Shown: piece after piece, positions 53,901 through 64,000 of the stretch | Position numbering within the stretch: the first letter of the stretch is position 1 | Layout of the letters: the number at the start of each line of letters is the position of its first letter | Translations under genes and position numbers: made by a program | The notes under the pieces: generated by a model | Database searches by the model: none | Told to the model about the DNA's origin: nothing | Seen by the model: only the letters and a program-made list of their open reading frames with translations | Source: Chrysomallon squamiferum | Taxonomy: Eukaryota; Animalia; Mollusca | NCBI GenBank assembly: GCA_012295275.1 | Contig: CM022665.1 | Location: 15,314,001 to 15,378,000, forward strand | Direction: 5' to 3' | Length of the DNA stretch: 64,000 bases

Positions 53901-56900
53901 TGAAGTTTACATCACAAACAATAAGAATTATAAATAGCATACTTGTTCCACAATATGTTTATGTCTGTTCTGTACACAGATGCTGAACATATAAGCTATC
54001 ACTATAATACAAGAGACTAAATCTCTCTCTTAGTTATCCTGATAACACTCCTCACAGTTCATCAATACAGAGCAACATTTGTTACATAGAATACATTCTT
54101 TCCATTCATTTTGATCACACACTTACATCACAGGAATTCTTGTTATTTATGTCTTTGCCAGCACTGGGTTACTAGAGTACAGTCTGAAACAGCAAAATTC
54201 CTTGATTCACCCATAACTGCCAGTTTGCCGATGACAGGAAATGCATGTACAGCATTTTGGTTGTCTGCTACATTTTGTCTAGCTGTCAGCTTGGCTTACA
54301 GACAAGAAATTTGTTGAATATAATTCAGCTTGAAGTTTAAAAATGAAAATCAAATCTGCAGGTTAAAAAAAAGAAGAGAGAAACTCAGAAAGTCAAATTA
54401 TAAATAAATTTAAAAAAAGGGATAAAAGGTATGTTTTTGTCTGCAGAAAATAAATTGTTTTACCAATTTAATGTTATTATTTTTATTTAAAATAATAATA
54501 ACATAAACAACAACAACAACAACAATTTCACTTGTAATTTTAATGTCTAAGATTTCTCATGAGATCTGGTTTATCAGCATTGTTATAAAGACACTCAGTT
54601 CTATGCCACCTATCCAGAACCTAAACTTGCTTAAATATCATTATCTATATTCAATTCTTCATCTTCTTATCTTTATTAAACTGATTTAAAATCGTGTGGT
54701 GTTGTGAAAGGTTCTAGGATACCAGTCTATACCTGTTTGTTAAAATGGAGTATATTTTCAAAGCTTACATCCCATTTCATCTGCAGAGCTGCAGTTTATC
54801 ATAGACATCCTCAGTCTTGTTACAAGTTAAAATTATTAGACACATCTGTAGAGAATGTCTGAGGCTGTTTTGTTTGGCAGAAATCTTGTTGTAGCTAATT
54901 GTCTTGACATGAGAATTAACACATGATGTATTACAGCAAATTTGTTAAAAGATATGTTTTGTCTTGCGTGTTTCCTGTAGCACAGGTTCTAGACAGTTTG
55001 AAAAAAGGTGTTTTTTGTCTTTTAATAATTTGTTGTTGTTGTTATTTAAGTAAAACAACATATAATTAATTATTATTATTATTTGAACAAATGCATATTA
55101 ATTCTGCAAACATAAACAAATTGCTGTTATTATTATTATTTAAACCAGTGCATACTATTTATGAATTATTCATAAGTATACATTATTATTTTTATATCTA
55201 CTATTCTATATTATTAAGTGATAAACCAAAGTTTTACTTGCTAATTATATTCCTAAAGATATACAGATACGAATACATATGCACAATGCATAGGTGAATA
55301 AATGAACAAAATGAACTCTCCTGGCTATGGAAGTGCACCTAGAATAATGCTCAGTATCTGGTTTCTTCCTTTACTATAACAATATTTGTAAGTCATTAAA
55401 ATTCATGAAAATGAAAGCAAGAGGTTTTTATTCATTATCAATAATATGTTAGTGAAGAATATTATTATTATTAAAATTAATAAATAAATTAATAGTAATA
55501 ATAATAATTATTATTATTATTATCATCATTATTTTTATTGATATTAATTACACACCAATTTTGTGGTCCATTATGAGCTTTACCATAAAACTTACAATTA
55601 ACACTTTGTTATTTGCCATTTAAGAATACCTTGTGATAGATCTTCCAGATAAAACAACAAAGTTAGTCAAATTTAAATTGGGATTTAGCATTGAAAACAC
55701 ATCACATAATATATATTCAGGAATGGAAAAATGAGTTTCTTAAGACTTTTGATATACATTTGAAAATAAAATTAAAATTTTGTTTTTAGTGATATTAAAA
55801 TGTTTGGGGGTATAGTTCAGTTAATTAATATACACTATTTTCACATGTTATTACTTATTTATTCTTTATCTAATTTTGAACGAAGATATTGTTACTAATT
55901 GAGAACTGAGAAATAGAAGGTAGCTGACAGTTTTAATTATGATAATGATCCTTGATGAGGTGAGATACTCTTGTCAAGTTAGTTGATCCATGCCAATACG
56001 TGGAAAATAGCAGCCTGTTTCCTTTCCATGTCAAGATTTAAATCTTTTGTTTATACAGTGATATATCAGAGCAGGTTGGATATTACAGAAGTAATTACTT
56101 TTTTTTTTTTTTTTTCTTTTTTTTTCTCTCTTTTTAAAAAAAAAAGAAAAAAAAGAAAGAGGAGCATTATCAAAGTAGCTTTTGTAGTTGTTTCTTTTGT
56201 GTTTGGATTCATTTTTCTTTTTTTTTCTAATCTTCAATCAAAATATTGTATTAAATTGTTGGGGTTTATTTAGTAAAGGGTTTCAGAAATAAGGTTAGAA
56301 AATTAGAGAGATTTTTGTTACTTTATTTTGTTTAGTTTTCTTCATAGTTTTGTTTTATTTTTTTTAAATTTTATGTTAAATATGCAAAAGGTTTATTTTA
56401 TAATTTTACATAGTTCTAAATAGAAAATATTTTCAGTGCTGGGGAAAAAGTGGTTACCTCCCTTGCATCATGTCACATCAAATTAATTTATTTTTAAATA
56501 TAGTATTATCTTCAGTCCATTCAGTTATATTGATAATGTTTAGCTTTTAGCTTTAACTTACTTTACCAAAATCTGTTAGCTAAAATTAGATTTTGTGTAA
56601 TATCTATTAAATATTTGCAATAAAACTTTTCCTTCTTTTTTTTTTTGTTAAATAATCAGACAGGGGACAATAGAACCAGTTCAGATAAATGAAGTGTGTA
56701 TAATTTAGTGTTAGTTAAAATCATGTCAAAAACAAAATTGTAGTCACATGAAATTTTATAGTTTTGTATGATTTTTGGTAAAAAAGTAAATGAGATTAAA
56801 TAATAATTTAAACAAAATTATAAATTATTATGTATATGACATATAAATATAGAACATCTGTTTTGTGAGTTTTAAGTTTCTTCAATAATAATAATAATAT

Positions 56901-57494
56901 TTTCTACTGAAAAAAGTGTTCAAAGATTAATAGTTTAAAATATGCTGTTTTTTCTTTTAACATTTGTACATGGTAACATGTAAGAAACAATAAAATATGT
57001 GACCTAAATAATTCTGAATAAGGAAACCAAAACACAGGTGTAATCAATATAATCTCCAGGTATAAAAATAAATAAATAAAATAATACCACTCTGTCCAGA
57101 CAATATCATGACCAGTTATAGTATATGTGTATGTAGCTATTTCTCATTTCCTTGTGTGTCTTTTTGCTAGTTTAGTTTTCATCTGGCATGTTGATGGTGT
57201 AAAGAAATATGTTGTTCATGTGTTTTAGTTACACATGTATCAGAAACAGAGTTTACCTGAATTCTTATAGAACGTTGAGATACCAGTGCTGTAAATTATT
57301 ACATTTTTGTTGTGTATGTAGACGTACAAATTTAACATATAACACATACACACACAAACACACACACGTTTATATATATTTTTATTTTTTTATTTCATAT
57401 CTTTTTCTCGGTTTAAAAAAAAGAAAAAAAGAAAATTGTTTCTTATTCTCTTCCTTTTTCTTTCATACTTTGTTTTAATTGTTCTTTATCTGCC

Positions 57495-57583
<89 letters not shown>

Positions 57584-60500
57584 CTTTTTTGTCAGTCACT
57601 TTCACTCCCATTATTTATCTCTGTATAATCTTAATCTGTTAAGACTCCTGGTTGTTTTCTTTCATTCTCCCATTCCAAGATGTCACTATCAAAAGTACCT
57701 AAATCAGAGCTTTTGTCGTTTTCTTTTAATCTATGAGTATGTGTACACTTCTTAAAGCCACAGTCTGTTATTTTCATCACAGATTTCAACACATGCTTGA
57801 TGAAAAAGACTTAATCTTAACCAGCTGCCCAGCTAACCATAGACTTCACTTAGTAATATTTGTACATGGAAATTCAAATGAAGGCATCTTGGAGAAAATG
57901 GTGTTGGGTGCTGTGACCGAATTTCTTCTATCACTGGTCCAAGTTATCGAAACATGTTAACACAGGGTATTCTATATTAATGATAAACTGTACATTTTTG
58001 CTAAAAGCTTGATGTGTCAGATTTGAACACCTGTCATGTCAGTTTTAACTGTCAGTTTAAGAATTTTTAGAAATATGATATTACGTTTATTAACAATACG
58101 GTTTGGGTGGGCAAACATGTTTTATCTTTCACTTTTAGAGATAAATTAAAATCAATATTTTAATCAGCAGTACACACACACACACACATTTTTTTTTTTT
58201 TTTTTTTCCTTTCATCTTATATTGACTAATTTTCCATCATGGATACAAATACATAGTATAGAGGTTTGAAGTATGATGGGTCACAAGATCTGTCCTCATT
58301 CATATCTATTAGTCACTTCACATAGGTTTATTATAGGGGATGATAGTAAAACACTTTCTTGACTGGGAAATAATTCTAGAAACATTAGAAATAGGTTACT
58401 CATTTTGTAATATAGACTCACAGCCCCATTCAGCCATTGAAATCATTACTGACTGAATTAATAATATGTTGAAAAGTTCTGAATTGCATGCTGTAAAACA
58501 TAAAAATCATTTCAGAGAAGAAGAAAGAAAGAAAAAAAAAATTAACTCATACCCCATAGAGCGCACCTTTGCTTTAATTGTCAGTTTGCCTAAGTATGTA
58601 TAAAATATATATGTTCCTCTTCACCTTTCCACTGAAGTGCATCATGCTAGTGCAAAACTGTTTTCAATTGACCTGAACAACCCATCTGTTTTAAAATGGC
58701 CAATCTTGATTTGGCCTGTTAACCCTGATTGGCACCTTGTCGGCATTAATTAATGGATTGGGGTCACACCTGAAATATCTATCAGCTGATTGCTGTTGAC
58801 AGATTGAGGTCAAATGGATTAAGTATTTATTGATTACCAGGTGGTTTCGAGGTAGAGCAGAAGGGAAGGAGGGGGAGCAACTTAATTGAAGGTTTGTGTT
58901 AAATGTGTAATTATAGTCTCTCTGATGACGGTGTTTCTTAGTGCTTGAGAAGTTCAGAATAAACAAATCCAAAGAAATCAAAGGAGAATATTTGTAAAAT
59001 TATTTTTATAATTAGAGAGATTTCTTTTCAGAGATAAGTCTCTAATATAAATATTGAAATGTGTGAATTTTTATTAATTCTTGGGTAATTATTATTAATC
59101 TCCGGTTGTTAGCCATACAAAAAATACATGAAGTGATGGCTGTGCTTTGAAGTACTTATTAAATCAGCTGGTTTTTTTTTTAATTATACTTCACATCCAA
59201 CATTATTTTGAGGAATAATTGTAAAATAAATAAATAATAATTAAAGATTGTGAAAATTAATCCATTTTTAAATTTTTATTTAATTTTCAGAATTTACTCA
59301 CTTATTTTTAGTTGTTTTATTTTTTAATATTATCTCTGTCAAAGTTGTTTCTATTAGAGTTTCTGTGTTTTGGGGTTGTTTTTCCACCCTTCTTCCATGT
59401 AACAGAACACATGTGTACACTATAAATAAAACAAAATGGCAATTGTTCTTTATTATTAGCAAAGTTTAGACTTAAATATTATTATAATCACTTGAAACAC
59501 AGAGACTGATATAAACCATAGTAATACACTTGTTCACATGACAGAAGCACATTTGAAAGCCAGTTTGCCTTTAATTTTATCACGTACATTGTGTCCCATT
59601 GATTGATAAGTCTATGAAACTTTATACCAAACAAGTAATATTGTCATGATTTATTATTAGAAAAAAACTGATAGCCAGTTTAATTACTCTTGAGTAATCA
59701 CTTGACTTGAAAATATACAGACTTGATTTAAACTATAATAAAAATACATGTGTTCAATCGCCTTTCTCTAAATTAACTATGTGTAATTTGTCTGATGTAT
59801 AATATTTCTAGTTTTGGAAAATTAATACTAAATTAATTGTTAAAAGTTAATTTCATACTTTACTGTTAGCAAAAATGTGTGGCATTAAACTAAAGTTATG
59901 TGACAGTATACTCACTTGATTTAGACTATTCATATATAATATTATATATATTTACACCAGAAGCCACAACATCTGTAATTTAGTCATTGATGTATTACTG
60001 GTGGTTTCCTAGTATGATGTTATGATTGGTATTCTTGGGATGTCTAACATTAGACAGTTATTTATTATGAATAATCAAAGAACTGATTTGTCTGTGTTCC
60101 CACAGAGATCTCTGAGTGTTTGTTTTGGACAAGCAAAATACTCAAGGAGGACTTCCATTAGCTTAGAAAAATAATCTTTGTCACTTTGGAGATTATTAAT
60201 AAAAGTGTTTTCAGAGATTTTTCTGTTTGGTGAAGTAAAGGAGAAGAAACAGTTTTAATGAAAATACTTGTTCAAGTGAAGTGGTTGAAATAATAAGTTT
60301 CACTTTGTCCAGGCAGCTCTGTGTTTAAACTTCTGTCGAGAAAATTAATCTCTTCTGGACGCAGATCTTTCCTGAATGCATAGAAGTCATTGAACTTATT
60401 TTTGTATTATTAAGTCTTATTATTGATCTTTCCACTCCATTTGAACAAGAAGTATGACACACATTGAGCCTAGTTTAATGTTTTTAAAGGTTATTTCATC

Positions 60501-62223
60501 TTTTATTTTTTTTTCTTGTTCTAAACATATTGGAAACCAATACATCTTTGAAGCTGTTGTTCAGTTGTCAAAAATAATAGTATTCATTATATAGTCCATA
60601 TTAATCATTTGGATACATATTTATATTTATCAGGCTTTTTTTATTAATGTATTATGACGCATAACCAGACTACTGAAACATTTTTCAATCATTATCAACA
60701 AATGTCTGACACTTAATATTAGTTAATGTTACATATTTTGAGATGTTGTTAAAGTAAAGATATTCCTTTCTTTCATTATTAGTGTTTTATTTGTGACCTG
60801 AATTATCATTGTTATTTTATTTATTTGTTTATTTTTCAATGGTAAAACTCTTATAATTTTAATTTTCATTTAGCAATTTGTAAAATTTATTTTAAGGTCT
60901 GCTTAAGTAATTATACTTTGTTTTTTTCCCCAACCTACTGATCATGAATAACTATTGTATCTTTGTGTTTTAAATTATATTGGGTATTTCATAATGTAGG
61001 CTGCGATTTCTTTTTGGGAATTTGATTGACTGATTTTATCAAACACCATGTATAGTGAATATTTATATATATATAGAAAAATACCTATTTTTGAAAATTT
61101 ACTTTTTATTTATATTGTGTGTGTGTCCATGTGTGTCTGTATGTGCATGTATGTTAGTGTCTGTGTGTGTTTTGTGTATATATAAAGCGTAAGTTCCACT
61201 TAGATAATCCATTGTGATCTATTTTGTTCAGTGGATCATAAAAATTAAGTAATTCCCTTATAATGCATGAACTAGATTTAAACAGTGCATGATCATGTCA
61301 TAAACTGTCATGTTTGTCATGGAGAACAATACCTCATGACACATTTTAACTGGTAACTGTTTAGTTATTGGCTTTCAAACACATGACTTGTTTAGTTTGG
61401 TAAACAAAAACCAGATTTATAATGTCTATGATGACAGTGTTTGTAACTATTGGTATTATAGTTTGTTGTGATCAGTATATGCAAAAATAGAATGGTAGCT
61501 TCTTTTTTTTTTCAAATAGATTTTTTATTACTCCAGAAAATCAATTGTCTTACCTTACATAGTTTTTATAGAGACATATGTAAATTTATATATATATATA
61601 GTGAAAATAGTGAAAGACAATAACAACATGTGATGTATTAAAAGAGACCTGGATTTCCATGGTATCAAGTTACTCTTTAAAAAATAGTTTAATACTGGAC
61701 AACTTAGCTCAGGATGCATTTCATTATAATTCTGTAGTATTTCACGGCAGGGTTTGTCTTAATGCCAATATGGTACAGTTTGCTTCAGTTGAATCACACA
61801 CTACTTCTTGAGTTATCTGAGTTAAGATTTTACTTTTGTATCTCTGGAAAATGTGCTTGCAGTAGTAAAAAAACAAACAAACCTACATGAATTATTTAAA
61901 TTTGTAACTTTAAAAAACTCAGTACATATATATATATTTAAATTATTGTTTTTATTGCCAACCAATCCTTGTACAAAACATTATATTACTTTTAAAAAAA
62001 ATGCATATTTATAACTTTTTATTTTTTTTATTTCCAGTATTTGGAAGCTGCTGAGAACTTCAGTGCCAAGGACGAAATATGTAATAATGTTATAGACTTT
62101 GTGAAGAACCAGAAAGATATATGTGAGAAAAAACGTTCACACCAGTTGCTAGAGGTTGTACTGTACAAAACAGCTCTAAACTCACAGACTGGCAGACACA
62201 AGAGATCCATTGCTTACCTCCAA
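36445..62223 (+). CDS. ZFC3H1: ZFC3H1 zinc finger C3H1 domain-containing protein (PAXT adaptor), 3'-partial; exons 36445-36886, 37376-37725, 38079-38384, 38766-38920, 40106-40217, 40613-40698, 41215-41661, 42312-42425, 43039-43198, 43780-43880, 44419-44593, 45009-45200, 45649-46137, 46528-46617, 47387-47496, 48739-48870, 49127-49248, 49751-49852, 50303-50419, 50868-51042, 51524-51710, 62038-62223
   Basis: Motif order is the ZFC3H1/Red1 architecture: N-terminal KEEGELSD, YEELL..YK.IQ.ELE, ELELRRIALESA, DNYEEVEMDID, a poly-Pro block, LRAQLLKS, LPIHKPVVI...GGLDSFLKAAR, a coiled coil, then YSSPLLKFKAYRFSPYFRTK...SNKIDPKKIFCRFDLQGRCNDEKCSGQH (zf-C3H1), then HAT/TPR-like helices (PQDVDMWLKLA, LARALEANKTSSDLWLRYL). 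Phases fit except for frame breaks in exons 3 and 9. Confidence 0.9.
36887..37375 (+). other. U12-type (minor spliceosome) GT-AG intron, first coding intron of ZFC3H1
   Basis: Donor GTATCCTT at 36887. Branch site TTCCTTAAC at 37358-37366, 9 nt before the intron end, with no polypyrimidine tract. Splicing joins CAA-T|CT-TGG in frame with exon 2. Confidence 0.9.
39819..39951. mobile_element. Possible Tc1/mariner (pogo/Tigger-like) MITE remnant
   Basis: TA|CAGTAATCCCTCG at the left end and ATTACTG|TA at the right: a short terminal inverted repeat with TA flanks. Only 7 bp of TIR match. Confidence 0.4.
41700..42175. repeat. Degenerate ~45-50-bp intronic minisatellite in ZFC3H1
   Basis: Repeated GTATCTAAAT(T/C)ATATATTAATATTT(C) core; boundaries approximate. 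Confidence 0.7.
43215..43692. repeat. Imperfect intronic tandem duplication (~280 + ~200 bp)
   Basis: TCAACTTGTGAC..TAAGTAAA, TATTTCTCATG, TTGAAATT.TATTAGTAAAGAAA and ATGTAAAATAAAT..CTTTACAT each occur twice in the same order. Confidence 0.7.
48739..49133 (+). other. ZFC3H1: zf-C3H1 zinc-finger-encoding segment of ZFC3H1, split by one intron
   Basis: C-x7-C-x4-C-x3-H pattern (CRFDLQGRCNDEKCSGQH) across exon 48739-48870 and the start of exon 49127-49248. Confidence 0.85.
57499..57580. repeat. (CT)n/(GA)n microsatellite
   Basis: Perfect TC run of about 40 units inside the long ZFC3H1 intron. Confidence 0.95.
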
Positions 62224-64000
62224 GTGAGTAAACATGAGATTGTTTTCTTATTTAATCCCTTGTCAGCTACTGTGCTAGCTGTTATTTTTCACAGATTTGT
62301 AATCAGTGTATAATGTGAAATGTTGTCAAGAATCAATTGAGCTTTTAGTGAGAAAAAAAAAAATTCTATTGAGGCTTGTCAAATTTTATTTATTGTTGTA
62401 TCAGAATTCATAAATGTTTTAATCAAAGTGACAGTGACATGGTCTAATAAATGAAAATATGTAATATAATATTTTTTATTTTTGTCAAATAATAGACAAA
62501 GCTGGAGAATATACTTAAGGAACATTTAAAAAAAAAAAATAATAGCAATACTATTTTTTGTGTGTGTGTGTGTGTGTGTGATATTTGTATTTTTTGCTAC
62601 TGGCTGTTTTATATATCTGTTTAGTTTTTGGAAACTATAATAAAAAGTATGGCAAAGCTTTTTTGGTGGCTTGGATATTACAATTTACATTTCTTTTTTT
62701 CATACTTTCTAGCCATTGATAGACATGTAGACAAAGTTTGTTATATTAATTATCCTCTATTAATACTAGGAAAGTTTGGTTGTCACTAAAATAATAAATT
62801 GCTGACAGTAACAATGTATTTGGACTATTTTTCATGTAGACATTTTAATTATTTTTAAATTATTTTATTTTATTTTAATGGTCTTTTAAAATCAACAATA
62901 GAATAATGTGGAGTACAGTTGAAATCATTTTGAGCATTAATTAAAAATAATGCATTTATGAGCTTTTATACTTTAAGATGTCTCTTGTTTTGTTTTCATT
63001 ATTTATTGGTCTGACTTTTTTAACTTAATAATAAGTTATCATTTCATTTCACTGTTTATTTATTAATGAATCATTTTTAAGTAACAATTTTAATGTCACT
63101 GCCCAGTTTTCACAGAAAACATTTCACCTCAGTGGTCATGGTCTTGGCATGCACTAATAAAACAACTGGTCTTTCAATGTGTTATTTTCATTACTAACTT
63201 TTCTTTCTCAATCTTGATGTCTCCTGATAAAGATCACTGCATTCCTCCACATGTCAAAGCACCTGTTCCTTCCCCTGTTGACCTTGGAAGCACAAGGCAT
63301 TCAAAACTAACAGACAGAAATTCTTTTCTCACTCTCACGAGATTGCCTTTTATAATTTAATTGTAAAAGAATCTGTCTCAAATTAAACAGGATGATAATA
63401 AAAATAGTGGCTTGTACCAAGATAGGCTTGTATTTTTTTTTTTTTTTTTTTTTTTTGTCAGTTTATTTTGTTTGTAATGTTTTAGTGGTTTTGGATCTGA
63501 AAATATGATTAAGTAATTTTATGAATATTTGTTTAATAACGAACGATCATTAGCTAGTTCTGGTATTAAATATTAGATACAGAATTTTAAAATACAAAGG
63601 GATAATCAGGTGATTCTGCAATAATAATAGATACAGTAAGGAATCTTTTATATGCATTTATTCATAGATAAAAGACCATGAACATCATGGCTTTTCAGCA
63701 CTGACTGGAGGATGTAACACCAGTAAAAAGCATTAATATGACAACTCTTTACTTTTTAGATCACAAAGCTTTTCAACATAGGTTTTAAAAAAATCAGAAG
63801 TTGCCAAATGCCTTTCATAGTTTTAAGGACCTAAACATCTTGATATTCTTTTAATGTTCTGTATTAATCTGTCACAGATTACAAAAATTACTGTGACTGA
63901 TATGTTTTTAATGTTCTGCTTGCTGCACTTTTTTTTATTATTATTATTATATATTTTTTTTTCATTCCTTTAACAGTTATAAGAACTCAAATGGCACAAA

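Noticed and set aside
55805-55822. GGGGGTATAGTTCAGT resembling a tRNA 5' end/A-box
   Set aside because: No anticodon arm, T-arm/B-box or acceptor-stem complement follows.
63960-64000. TTCCTTTAAC-AG near the window end as a third U12 branch site or the next ZFC3H1 exon
   Set aside because: Imperfect consensus, the preceding donor (62224, GTGAGT) is U2-type, and the window ends before a frame can be tested.
1-64000. CRISPR arrays, rRNA, tRNA, snoRNA/miRNA, autonomous transposon ORFs
   Set aside because: Eukaryotic DNA with no repeat-spacer array, no recognisable structured RNA by eye, and no transposase or reverse transcriptase ORF. Small RNAs cannot be excluded without an Rfam scan.

Overview
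AT-rich, CpG-depleted, microsatellite-rich animal genomic DNA (invertebrate-like, possibly molluscan; taxon not provable here). It holds three spliced protein-coding genes, reconstructed by hand from splice sites and reading-frame phase. (1) The last three coding exons of an AEBP2/jing orthologue (+, stop at 6058). (2) A complete 21-exon gene on the minus strand (35827->23406, about 941 aa) that I cannot assign to a named family; it has a coiled-coil region, a C2-like region and a non-low-complexity C-terminus. (3) A ZFC3H1 (PAXT nuclear-exosome adaptor) orthologue on the plus strand from 36445, running off the window end. Genes 2 and 3 are head-to-head across a ~620 bp CpG-retaining region, and each carries one textbook U12 (minor-spliceosome) GT-AG intron. 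The U12 intron of gene 2 is its last intron, 225 nt long and stop-free in frame, so retention would insert 75 very hydrophobic residues. Other oddities: a GC-AG first intron, two apparent frameshifts in ZFC3H1, an intronic tandem array related to an exon end, a candidate 18-nt microexon in AEBP2, and uORFs on both sides of the shared promoter. Most short ORFs in the supplied track are low-complexity artefacts or exon fragments running into introns.
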